A stretch of 64,000 bases of DNA. Origin: an uncultured archaeon. Lineage in GTDB: Archaea; Aenigmatarchaeota; Aenigmatarchaeia; CG10238-14; SCSR01. A model generated the notes under the pieces. The model was not told the DNA's origin and made no database searches. It worked only from the letters and a program-made list of their open reading frames with translations. The translations under genes were made by a program, and so were the position numbers. This document shows positions 47,441-56,721 of the stretch, in pieces. The stretch spans positions 6,328-70,327 of the forward strand of contig CAYYVK010000001.1 in the NCBI GenBank assembly GCA_964475145.1, in the 5' to 3' direction. How positions within the stretch are numbered: the first letter of the stretch is position 1; every line of letters starts with the position of its first letter.

Positions 47441-48628
47441 TCACCTTTTAAAAATTTCTGCATACTTCCTAATCTTTTCTATATCCTCTTCGGTAAAATG
47501 CCATTCCGGAATTTTAGCTTCCATCTCATTACAAATATCGTCTATAAAACTTTTCTCACTTTCCTCTTTGCCGCTTTCAAACCTTTCTAGCATCTCCTGT
47601 AATCTTGAACCTAATTCAGAATTTCTAAACTTCAGATTTTTGTCGATAAACTTAGTATTTTGTACAAGTTTCTGAATTGCATTCTTCATTGTTTCTTTGT
47701 CTAAAGAGTCTAAAGTGCTTTTCAGCTTTTTCACCTCGTTGATACTTAAGCATAGATTATAGTAAGATGAAGGATCGAGAAAGAGAGTTGTTAATCTACC
47801 AACCAACCATGACTTTACAATGTTAGTTATTTTACTTAAGTCTTCCTTCAAAGAAGCATCACCAAAGTAGAGTATACTTGGATATTTTGGCAAATTGTAG
47901 GAAGTTTCTTTTTCATCTTTTCTTGGAATTCCAACATAAAGCCCTAAACCACCTCTTGCAAAAAGTGGCTCCTCAAGCCCTATTTCTTCTGTAGAGTCTA
48001 TGTCAGTAGAGTAGATGCATAAGTCTGAAGAGCACCCAAACATCTTTGAAATGTTTTGTGTAGCTTCTAGCTTATTGTAGCCCAGGTTGTGACGCATTCC
48101 CTTAAAGTATCCTTCCTCGTCCCATTCAAAAGTAGATCCAAAACAAAAAGTAGCTGGAAGAGAAAATTTTTCTGTTGCAAACTCTTGCACCAAATCTACA
48201 GGCTCACCTGAGTTTAGAGCTATGGTAAAACCAATCTCTGTTAACTCCTTTTTAGCTTGTAAAGCTCCTGGTGTTAGTTTTGCTTCTCTTACTGTCTTCT
48301 CTCTTGCTTCTACATAATCTTCCTTCTTCATCCTCGTCTCCCTCAACTCTTGATTTAAAAGCTCTTCCCATCCTTTGTTTTCATGCTCACAAACTAACTT
48401 CAAGAAGAGCTTTTTCAACAAATTAACTTTTTCTTTCACCCTTCTGTTTCTCATGTTCTCAAACAGCCTCTCGTACAAGTTCTCGGTAGTAAGTGTGTGG
48501 TCTATGTCGAAGATGAAAAGCAAACGTGGTATGTACTTGAAGTGTGCTCCAGAGAAATCGTACTTGTTTGCAATCTTTAGGTAGAGTGTACAAACTTCTT
48601 TTGTGTAATTATTTGTAAAGTTTTCCAT
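47441..48628 (-). CDS. HAD-like domain protein (motif I FIFDIDHTLT) with long C-terminal helical extension
   Basis: 395 aa; DxDxT motif, later YFGDAS. Confidence 0.4.
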   Translation of the reverse strand: MENFTNNYTKEVCTLYLKIANKYDFSGAHFKYIPRLLFIFDIDHTLTTENLYERLFENMRNRRVKEKVNLLKKLFLKLVCEHENKGWEELLNQELRETRMKKEDYVEAREKTVREAKLTPGALQAKKELTEIGFTIALNSGEPVDLVQEFATEKFSLPATFCFGSTFEWDEEGYFKGMRHNLGYNKLEATQNISKMFGCSSDLCIYSTDIDSTEEIGLEEPLFARGGLGLYVGIPRKDEKETSYNLPKYPSILYFGDASLKEDLSKITNIVKSWLVGRLTTLFLDPSSYYNLCLSINEVKKLKSTLDSLDKETMKNAIQKLVQNTKFIDKNLKFRNSELGSRLQEMLERFESGKEESEKSFIDDICNEMEAKIPEWHFTEEDIEKIRKYAEIFKR

Positions 48629-48892
48629 CAGTTAAATTTACTACCCCCAGTGGTAAAAATCTTATACTTTTAATTCACCACTCAATAGTAGCTATGAGAA
48701 AAATGAAAAATTCAGAAGATCTGGCAAAAGCGATCATTTCTGTTGCAAGAAAGTTCGTCTCAGAATTAAAGAGAATGTGTGAAAACCCTTCTTTAAAGGG
48801 AAATTTACTGAAAGAAAGGCTTAGAAGGAAGTTGAAAGAGTTTGAATCTATCCTAGACTTCTTAGAATTTACTCGGAAATTGACTCGAAAGT

Positions 48893-49681
48893 CTAGGAAA
48901 ACTTAAAATCTTCTAGCTTCACTTCCTTTGCACTTTTCCAAATGCTTTTCATATAGCTATCAAAAACTTTTACTAAAGCTGGGTCTGTAGAGTAGAGTGA
49001 AGTAAACGGGAACTTTTCTTGTCTTGTTGGGTTATGGTCTAATCTTATTAGCACTTCTTTACCGTCTGCGACCATAATCCTTGGATGCACATTAGTAACG
49101 AAAATTCTTATTTGAACCTTATGAGAATAGTACCATTTTGCTTGATAGTAATTTTTCTCGTCTATGCCCTTCATGGCTATTATTCTTACAGTAGCTCCCC
49201 TTTTCACAGCATTCTTTACTGCCTCGCCTAGCTTTGGTGAGTAGGTAAAATCTCTACTTATCACATAAGCATACTTTTCTACTCTATCAAACATTTCGCA
49301 TACCCTATTTACAAATTCTTTTAAGCCTTTCCCTCTTGCTGTCCATAAACCCTCTATCACGTTTTGTCTAACAGGCTTTATCGATTGTAAAAGCTTGATC
49401 GATTCTTCCAACTCCTTTAGCTCACTTTTTCTTTCTTCCAAGAGGTTTGTCAATGCTACTTGTGGAGGGATCGCCCTGAACTCTTTTGGTCTACCTCCTA
49501 CAAACTCTACAAGTTGCTTGTTTGCAAGCTGCTCTAAAACTTCATAAACTTTTGACTGGGGTATTCCAGAATCCTTTCCTATTACACTAGCTTTTGCCGA
49601 GCCTAGGGAGAGAAGTGTTGAATAGGCAAGTGCCTCATATTCGCTCAAGCCAAACTTTTTGAGCAAATCTTTTGCTTCCAT
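48893..49681 (-). CDS. TrmB-family transcriptional regulator
   Basis: N-terminal wHTH GLSEYEALAYSTLLSLGSAKASVIGKDSGIPQSKVYEVLEQL; C-terminal effector domain. Confidence 0.7.
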   Translation of the reverse strand: MEAKDLLKKFGLSEYEALAYSTLLSLGSAKASVIGKDSGIPQSKVYEVLEQLANKQLVEFVGGRPKEFRAIPPQVALTNLLEERKSELKELEESIKLLQSIKPVRQNVIEGLWTARGKGLKEFVNRVCEMFDRVEKYAYVISRDFTYSPKLGEAVKNAVKRGATVRIIAMKGIDEKNYYQAKWYYSHKVQIRIFVTNVHPRIMVADGKEVLIRLDHNPTRQEKFPFTSLYSTDPALVKVFDSYMKSIWKSAKEVKLEDFKFS

Positions 49682-49762
49682 TTATTCTTAGTTTATAATG
49701 AATAAAATAAAAATGTTTCCGTTTTTGAGAAGTTTTTATTCTGCGATAAGCTAATTAATTTT

Positions 49763-50275
49763 ATGGAAGTTTTTGGCATAAGCATGCAAGAGTTAATCTT
49801 CTCCATATTTCTTCCCTTTGTTTTGTTCTATCTTCTGTTCTTTGCCTTATTAAGAAAGTCTAAGATACTTGGCGAAAATAAGAATTTAGACGCTGCCACC
49901 GCTTTAGTGTTCTCAGCCTTAGTAATCACAAGCATGTACTCCCTTGGGATAACACGATACTTAGCAAACTTTGGTGCAGCTGTCGCGGTTGCATGTTTTG
50001 CTGCCTTGTTTATCTATGGCACTATAAAGATGACTCTCACAAAAGGGTGGGAATATGCTACAGAAGTAGACAGAAAAAAATTTGAAGAACTGGAGAAAAA
50101 AGGTGAAGAGCTGTGGAAGGAATTTCTCAAAGGAGATTCTTCTGCCTTTCCTGCTTTGGAGAATGTGGTAAAAGAACTTGAAGTGCTAGCGAAAAAGTTG
50201 AAGAAGGATTTGAACCAGATCGAGTGGTACAAAAAATATAAAGAGTATAAAAGGCGTCCTGAAAAAGGTGGCTGA
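49763..50275 (+). CDS. membrane protein with charged C-terminal tail
   Basis: 170 aa, 3 TM. Confidence 0.35.
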   Translation: MEVFGISMQELIFSIFLPFVLFYLLFFALLRKSKILGENKNLDAATALVFSALVITSMYSLGITRYLANFGAAVAVACFAALFIYGTIKMTLTKGWEYATEVDRKKFEELEKKGEELWKEFLKGDSSAFPALENVVKELEVLAKKLKKDLNQIEWYKKYKEYKRRPEKGG

Positions 50276-50542
50276 ATGTTTGAGTTGCTTTTTCAGTTTT
50301 TATTTTTCATGCTTTCCTTCCTGCTAGTTTTTGGTATGCTGAACAAATTAAGAATTTTTAACAGAAACTTGAATGTTGTAATAGCTTTCGTAATTGCTTT
50401 TTATGTTATTTCTGTTTCTTTTATCTTTGCAGAAGATGTGCAGAAAGTTCTAGCGTGTTTTGGAATTCTTGTTATTATCGTCCTTGGCGCAGTCTTAGTC
50501 TACACAGCCTCTGGGTTAAGAGAACAGAAAAGGAAGTTTTAA
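50276..50542 (+). CDS. small membrane protein
   Basis: 88 aa, 3 TM; starts 1 nt after previous stop. Confidence 0.3.
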   Translation: MFELLFQFLFFMLSFLLVFGMLNKLRIFNRNLNVVIAFVIAFYVISVSFIFAEDVQKVLACFGILVIIVLGAVLVYTASGLREQKRKF

Positions 50543-50567
50543 ATACTTAAAATAATAAAAAATTTTT

Positions 50568-51449
50568 ATGAAAAAGTTGTTAGCGTTGTTGCCAGTAATG
50601 CTTTTATTAATTCTCCAAGCAGCAAATGCTCAGGAAGAAACTGTTAACATAATATCCAACATTCTTGTTCAGTTCTCTGGTGTTATATTCATCATTGCTT
50701 TTGTTATAATACTTTTGTTGATTGCTGGTGTTTTTCCAAGAATATCTATTGGAGGAATTCCGTGGGGAACTATTGGGTTGCTTATAGCTATTCTCATAGT
50801 AATGCTCGTTCCATTTTTCATCGACTTAGAGTGGCTAACATCACAATTTAAGGTTAGCCTTCCTCAATATCAGCAATCGCCGCTTCCTGCGCCTGCAGTA
50901 ACAGTTCTTTCTGATTGGCTAGGATTACCTAAAGACTGGATGTACATACCTGCGATAATATACTTCTTTCTCCTGCCTTTTGCAGCAGTCTTTGCTCTTA
51001 TTTATGCGTTCTTAGCTAGCATAAACATGTGGGGAGGAAAGAACAACATAAACAGGCTGCTCGCGTTTATAATAACGATAATGACCATACCTACTGGTAT
51101 TTTAACAAGAATGACGATGGTAATGTTTGTATTCCTAGGTATGTGGACGCTTGGCGTTTTCTTTGTGACTTTTGTCGTTGGTGTTCTCTACAGGGGAGCA
51201 GGAGTTATAGCGAAAGAAAGGGCAACCTACAAAGCCATGAGGGGTCCGATAAGGGAGCTGGCAGAATCGTTTAGAAAGTATGCTGATAGAAAAATTGCAG
51301 CTATCGCGCCTACCGAGCGTGTGAAACAAGAGACCATGAGAAGGACAAGAGATGATATAGAAGAAAAGATATATCTAGGTGAAATAAAAACTCTTGACGA
51401 AGCTAAAAGTCAGTTTGATAAGCAGTATGAGAGTATAGTCGGTAAATAA
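50568..51449 (+). CDS. membrane protein with signal peptide
   Basis: 293 aa; MKKLLALLPVMLLLILQAANA signal then 6 TM. Confidence 0.4.
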   Translation: MKKLLALLPVMLLLILQAANAQEETVNIISNILVQFSGVIFIIAFVIILLLIAGVFPRISIGGIPWGTIGLLIAILIVMLVPFFIDLEWLTSQFKVSLPQYQQSPLPAPAVTVLSDWLGLPKDWMYIPAIIYFFLLPFAAVFALIYAFLASINMWGGKNNINRLLAFIITIMTIPTGILTRMTMVMFVFLGMWTLGVFFVTFVVGVLYRGAGVIAKERATYKAMRGPIRELAESFRKYADRKIAAIAPTERVKQETMRRTRDDIEEKIYLGEIKTLDEAKSQFDKQYESIVGK

Positions 51450-51533
51450 AAGATTTAAAAATCTTTAATTTAATATCAATAAGAATAGTAGGCTTGGCAT
51501 TAAAAACAATAAAATCAAAGGAGGTGTAAGTGA

Positions 51534-51824
51534 ATGGCAACAAATCAAGCAACTCAAGATAATGTGGTATACGTCGGCAGGAAGCCTAGCATGGCATACG
51601 TCCTAGCGGTAATCACTCAGTTCAACAACGGACAGGAAGAAGTTCATGTAAAAGCACGTGGGAAAAGTATAAGTAAAGCAGTAGATGTTGCAGAAATAAT
51701 AAGGAGAAGGTTCCTGACCGGCGTAAAGATAAAGAATATAGAGCTTGGCACTGAAGAAAAAGAGTTGCCTGAAGGTAAAGGAAAGATAAACGTTTCAACA
51801 ATATCAATAACACTAGCAAAGTAA
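51534..51824 (+). CDS. albA: DNA/RNA-binding protein Alba
   Basis: 96 aa; [19 protein letters not shown]...[22 protein letters not shown]. Confidence 0.8.
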   Translation: MATNQATQDNVVYVGRKPSMAYVLAVITQFNNGQEEVHVKARGKSISKAVDVAEIIRRRFLTGVKIKNIELGTEEKELPEGKGKINVSTISITLAK

Positions 51825-51858
51825 AGGCCTAAGTCGATGAAGAAATTCAGAGACTTTT

Positions 51859-53400
51859 TCATCTTTCCAAAACAAACATCTTTTTTGTTATTGGTATTTC
51901 TCTTACTCGATGAATCAACATTTCCCTCTTTTCTCCAATGCCGATAGGAATTTCTTCTGCTAATAAGTTAGAAGCTCTTTCCAGCTTCCTCAGTTTTTCC
52001 GCATAGATTGTGAGAATTTTCTCTTCTTTCTTTACAGGATCTCCAAGTTTCTTGTGTAAAGTTACACCAGCTCCCTTATCTTTTGGTGCTCCTGCTGCTT
52101 TGGCAACCTCGGATATACCCCCATTATCGATCCACAACACTCTCCCATTTTTCTCTGACTTTATATCCAATTTATACGCACCTACCTCCACTTCCTCAGG
52201 ACTTATCTTTTTCCCTCCTTGGGCTTCCATTATTTCATAGAGTTTTTTCATGGCTTTACCAGAGTTTAATGCAGCTTTAGCTAGATTCTCGGAATTTCTT
52301 TTACCCACCATGCTCAGAAGTATTTGTGCTAAAGAGCATACCTTCTCTTCTAGATCGCTTACAATTCTTCTTCTTGAAATGACTTCTAAAGCCTCCCTTG
52401 CTTCAAGAGCAGGACCTATCGAATAGCCTACAGGCTGTTCCCCATAAGTAACAGCGCACTGAACTTTTATTCCAACCCTTTTCCCAAGCTCTATAAAATC
52501 TTTTGCTAACAAATCTGCATCTCCTATAGTCTTAATTTTTGCTCCTCTACCAGTAGGTATATCTATCACCAAATGTGTAGCTCCAACCGCTTTTTTCTTT
52601 GCCATTATAGATGGTAGAAGAAGAGGATCTATACCAAGAGGGTATTCTATCTGAATGAATATATCGTCTGCAGGGGCTAGCTGTAAAGTGCCTCCCCAAA
52701 CTATGCAACCGTTTGTTTTTTCTACCACTTTCTTCATTTCTTCAATGGTTAAGTTAACTGGCATCAAACATCCTGCTCTATCAGCTGTGCCTGCTGGTGA
52801 AGTAATTGCTCTAGAAGATGTCTTTGGTATTGTTAAGCCAAGACAAGCGATTATAGGAACGAGGAGTAGCGTAGTCTTATCTCCTGGCACACCACCTGCA
52901 GAATGTTTATCACAAATAATTTTCCTCTTCAGATTAAGCTTTTTTCCAGTCTCGACCATAGCAATAGATAAGCTTGTAGCCTCGTCTAAGTCTAGTCCAG
53001 TATTGTGAAGAGTGGTAACAAAAGCAGATATTTCTATATCGGTCAAGTTTCTTTCTACAATATCTTTAACAATTTGCTTTATTTCGTCATAGTTCAGTTT
53101 TCTTCCTTTTAGCTTGTTCCTGATGAAATGAAGAGATTGAGGGAATTTTGCAACTTCCACTTCTAACGTTTCTTCCCTTCTTAGCCCAAGGGCTGCTTTG
53201 ACTTCCTCGTACAAGCCTATCGTACCTTTTTCTACTATCTTTTCTGTCACGTTTACTATAGCAGTTACACAATTCTTTTTGTAACCAACCCTAACTCTGT
53301 CAAGACTATGTATACCTAAATCTCCTGCATCCTCCATGTTCAAAATTACTATCGGTTTACCACCCGACTCCAAGCCTAGGAACTTTGCCTTCAAGTTCAT
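51859..53400 (-). CDS. deoA: AMP phosphorylase (thymidine-phosphorylase family, archaeal DeoA-like)
   Basis: 513 aa; N-terminal ~90-aa extension plus glycosyl-transferase family-3 core (SAGGVPGDKTTL; TGRGAKIKT). Confidence 0.8.
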   Translation of the reverse strand: MNLKAKFLGLESGGKPIVILNMEDAGDLGIHSLDRVRVGYKKNCVTAIVNVTEKIVEKGTIGLYEEVKAALGLRREETLEVEVAKFPQSLHFIRNKLKGRKLNYDEIKQIVKDIVERNLTDIEISAFVTTLHNTGLDLDEATSLSIAMVETGKKLNLKRKIICDKHSAGGVPGDKTTLLLVPIIACLGLTIPKTSSRAITSPAGTADRAGCLMPVNLTIEEMKKVVEKTNGCIVWGGTLQLAPADDIFIQIEYPLGIDPLLLPSIMAKKKAVGATHLVIDIPTGRGAKIKTIGDADLLAKDFIELGKRVGIKVQCAVTYGEQPVGYSIGPALEAREALEVISRRRIVSDLEEKVCSLAQILLSMVGKRNSENLAKAALNSGKAMKKLYEIMEAQGGKKISPEEVEVGAYKLDIKSEKNGRVLWIDNGGISEVAKAAGAPKDKGAGVTLHKKLGDPVKKEEKILTIYAEKLRKLERASNLLAEEIPIGIGEKREMLIHRVREIPITKKMFVLER

Positions 53401-53774
53401 GCTACACTACACACTCCTTCTATACATTTGCATGACAAAGAAGGTTTTGGAGAAATTATCTGAGGGCAAATAACCTTAAATCCGCTACATGTAACGTTAC
53501 TCCTTTTGTTTATGCATTCCCAATTGGCTCCGGCTGTCTCTGGACAACAATTAGTGGAAAGCCATTCACAATCTGTATCAAAAGTGCATGAACGAATTAT
53601 CTCAGGTGTATGAACTGGTATTGTAGTTGATGGAGCTGTGGTCGTGGTTGTTGTCCCTATAGTTATTTGTGTGACGCATAAATTTTTCTGGACAGATTTT
53701 AGAAAGATCCAGAAGCCGATCAACATAGTTAAAATGGTGAAAAGGATATAAGGAGTACACCTTCTTACCTTCAT
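53397..53774 (-). CDS. small secreted/anchored Cys-rich protein with poly-Thr linker
   Basis: 125 aa; N-terminal TM/signal, TTTTTTAPSTT linker, 11 Cys in final 60 aa; 4-nt overlap with deoA start. Confidence 0.4.
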   Translation of the reverse strand: MKVRRCTPYILFTILTMLIGFWIFLKSVQKNLCVTQITIGTTTTTTAPSTTIPVHTPEIIRSCTFDTDCEWLSTNCCPETAGANWECINKRSNVTCSGFKVICPQIISPKPSLSCKCIEGVCSVA

Positions 53775-53849
53775 AAGTTAAATTTTGTTATCTGAAAATA
53801 AATGCTTAGGAAGACATTTTCTTGAGTGCCAGCCTCAAAAGATTAGAAG

Positions 53850-55091
53850 TTATCTGGAAGAAACAAAACCAAACTTGTTTAATGCTAGCTTGAGTTCTTT
53901 ATGTGTCTTGGAATACTCTTGTAGCGAGATTCCTTCTAATGCAGCATCCAATGCTTGCCTCATTGCGATAGCACCTATTCTTGTTTGAAGAGAGTGTATT
54001 CCACCGCCAGCTTGAACAATGAAATCGTTACCAAATACTTTTATCAATTGAGGTATATGGCCAGGATGCAACCCTCCAGAAGCAACAGGCATAACAGGCT
54101 TAAACTTCCATAGCCCTTCTTTTAACGCTTTACAATTTTCTAAAACTTCTTCCTTCTTCTCAAACATTTTCCCTACTCCTGTGCCTACGTGCAACTGATC
54201 TACACCAACAATTCTCGCAAGCTTTGCAATAACTTTCATGGATATACCATGCTTAGAATTTCTTGTTAGAGCTGCATGCCCTGCCCTATGTGCATGAATA
54301 ACAAGGTTAAAGTCTTGATTCCTTAAAGTCTGCAACGCAGACCAACCTATAGTAATTATGTCAACCATTATATACTCGTTCCCAACGTTCTCCACAGCCT
54401 TGGCACGTTTTAGCATTTCTTGCGTTTCTGCAGTAACGTTTATCATGTATGCTTTCTTCTCACCAGTTTCTTTTTCAGCCTTTTCTTTTGCTTTAAATGT
54501 TTTCTCTAACCTCTTCTCGAACTTATTGAAGTTTTGGCTGCTTAAGTTTTCATCATCTTTTACTATATCAATACCATTAACCCAAGCTTCGTAAGCAACT
54601 TTTACATGTTCTTCTGTTCTTAATCCAATCTTAGGTTTTATTATTGTCCCCAGCAAAGGTCTATTTGTCCTAAAAATTTTCCTTATCCCTTTTATTCCAT
54701 ACTTCGGACCTTTGAAGCTTTTCAGAAGCTTCTCTGGAATTGTTAAATCGACGAGCCTTAAACTTTTTATCTCTTTCATGCCAAAGATGTTTCCTGCCAC
54801 GCTAGAGAGGATCTGAGGAATATTTCCAGGTTCAAAAAGCTCAACAGGATAAGCAACGTTTATTCTTTTTCCCTCAATCTTAAAAACTTTTGCTGCAAGT
54901 TTTCTAACATACTTTTTCTCAGTTTTCACTTCTGTCCACGTTCCAGTCGAGCTCTCTGCAGCAATTGCACCAGCTGCTCTTTCTATACTTGAATTCCCTG
55001 CAGGCTCTAAAACGAATTCACATACCAAATCGTCCTTGCCTGGCTTGTAACCAAGGTCTACATAGTCTTCGTATCGCACACCATCACCCAA
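53850..55091 (-). CDS. rbcL: ribulose-1,5-bisphosphate carboxylase, form III
   Basis: 413 aa; GTIIKPKIGL, KDDENLSSQ, AGGGIHS-type motifs; clustered with AMPpase and R15P isomerase. Confidence 0.9.
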   Translation of the reverse strand: MGDGVRYEDYVDLGYKPGKDDLVCEFVLEPAGNSSIERAAGAIAAESSTGTWTEVKTEKKYVRKLAAKVFKIEGKRINVAYPVELFEPGNIPQILSSVAGNIFGMKEIKSLRLVDLTIPEKLLKSFKGPKYGIKGIRKIFRTNRPLLGTIIKPKIGLRTEEHVKVAYEAWVNGIDIVKDDENLSSQNFNKFEKRLEKTFKAKEKAEKETGEKKAYMINVTAETQEMLKRAKAVENVGNEYIMVDIITIGWSALQTLRNQDFNLVIHAHRAGHAALTRNSKHGISMKVIAKLARIVGVDQLHVGTGVGKMFEKKEEVLENCKALKEGLWKFKPVMPVASGGLHPGHIPQLIKVFGNDFIVQAGGGIHSLQTRIGAIAMRQALDAALEGISLQEYSKTHKELKLALNKFGFVSSR

Positions 55092-55923
55092 ACCTTTTCA
55101 TAAATTCTTTTGGCGTGAAAATTCCTTTTTCATTCACCAAGTAAGAAACAAGGTCAAACTCTACCAGATCAAAAGCCGGATTTCTCACTTTAATCTTTTT
55201 AGTGTTGATTTTAGAAAAAATTTCAGCATAAATTTCTTCTGCTGGCCTTTCTTCTATCACAAGCTTTTTCCTCTTATCTATCTTTAGAGTATTGCCAACA
55301 ACGATAAATGGTTTTTTCTCTCTTGCAGCTGCTAGCGCAAGGTTTTTTGTACCTATCTTGTTCACTACACCCTTAGGCTCAACAACTCTTATAGCATCTG
55401 TTCCAACTACTACACAATCTACATCTTTCATAAAATAGCTAACAGAATTGTCTGTAATGAGTGTGACAGGTATTCCAATCTTAGAAAGCTCTTTAGCAGT
55501 TTTCACCCCTTGCTCAAGAGGTTCTGTTATCGTAGCAAAAACACGGAATTTTTTCCCTTTTTTCCAGGCATTCTTTAAAACAGATAAAGCTTCACCAGAA
55601 TGACAGTGAGTCATTATTGTATGTCCATTACCAATAAGCTTACTTCCAATCCTTGCAACCCTTTTGGTAGAAGTTTCTAGTCTTTTGATGAGATAGTCTA
55701 TCGTTTTGACACTCTTTTTCTTTTTCAAAATCTCTAAGCAATTGTGTAAAACTACTGCAGTTGGTCTTGCACGCTCAAGTATCATTGCTGCAACCTCAAA
55801 CTTTAAACCAAATCCATACTTCTTACAGAACTTCCTCAAGAATTTTAACGAATACAAAGCAATCTCTTTAGCACCTTGAACTTTCATGCTCTGTATGCTT
55901 TCAGCAACTCTGGAAACATCCAT
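55084..55923 (-). CDS. ribose-1,5-bisphosphate isomerase (eIF-2B alpha/beta/delta-like family)
   Basis: 279 aa; GTDAIRVVEPKGVVNKIGT and CHSG motifs; 8-nt overlap with rbcL. Confidence 0.8.
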   Translation of the reverse strand: MDVSRVAESIQSMKVQGAKEIALYSLKFLRKFCKKYGFGLKFEVAAMILERARPTAVVLHNCLEILKKKKSVKTIDYLIKRLETSTKRVARIGSKLIGNGHTIMTHCHSGEALSVLKNAWKKGKKFRVFATITEPLEQGVKTAKELSKIGIPVTLITDNSVSYFMKDVDCVVVGTDAIRVVEPKGVVNKIGTKNLALAAAREKKPFIVVGNTLKIDKRKKLVIEERPAEEIYAEIFSKINTKKIKVRNPAFDLVEFDLVSYLVNEKGIFTPKEFMKRFG

Positions 55924-55955
55924 AGAATAAATATTGTTTGATACAATTATAAAGT

Positions 55956-56627
55956 ATGAAAAGTTCAGAGGAAGAGAGAAAAAGGTTGGTAGAAACTCTA
56001 GAGAAAAGGGGGTATATTCGCAGCAAAGAGGTTAAGGAAGCAATGCTGAAAGTCAAAAGAGAGGACTTTGTTCCAGAAGAATATAAAAAAGATGCTTATC
56101 TAGATACACCACTTCCAATCCCAGGTAATGTAACTATATCTGCACCCCATAGCTAAGGGGAAATGCATGCAATCTCCCTAGAAGCTCTGCAGCTTAAACC
56201 TAGAGAAAAGTTTTTGGAAGTTGGCGCTGGCTCAGGAATAATGCTTGCTTATGCTTACGAAATAATTAGAAGCAAGGAGAAAGTTTTTGGGATAGAGATT
56301 GTTCCAGAAGCTTACAAGTTTGGAAAAGAAAATTTGGAAAAAGCAGGATATGGCAACAAAGTTAAGCTTGTTCTTGGAGATGGTTCTTTAGGATTGCCCA
56401 ACTATGCCCCATTCGATAAGGTCTTAATAAGTGCTGCATGCCCAGATATACCCAAACCGTTAAAGGAGCAGACTAAAGTTGGAGGGAGAATAGTCGCAGT
56501 TATTGGTTTACCACATGGGGATCAACACCTTGTTTTAGTTGAAAAAACAAAAGGTGGAAAATTTTTAAGAAAAAAACTTTTACCTGTAGTTTTTGTTCCG
56601 CTAGTTGGAGAGTACGGATGGAAATAA
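55956..56627 (+). pseudogene. pcm: protein-L-isoaspartate O-methyltransferase (pcm) interrupted by in-frame TAA; either pseudogene or split gene (66-aa N-fragment 55956..56156 and 154-aa C-fragment 56163..56627 with its own AAGGGG RBS)
   Basis: ...TISAPHS*GEMHAISLEALQL versus canonical contiguous TISxPHM; downstream SAM motif LEVGAGSGIMLAYAY. Confidence 0.6.
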
Positions 56628-56721
56628 TTATTAGGCAGGAAAAAGGATGAAGTGAAAAGTTATAAATCCTAAGAAAAGGATTGTATTTCGCCATATATTT
56701 TTTAAAAGGTAAGAGAGAAAT

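Noticed and set aside
55956-56627. Possibility that the in-frame TAA in pcm reflects genome-wide stop-codon reassignment
   Set aside because: All other confidently identified genes in the window terminate at TAA/TAG/TGA at conserved C-termini, so TAA is a functional stop here.
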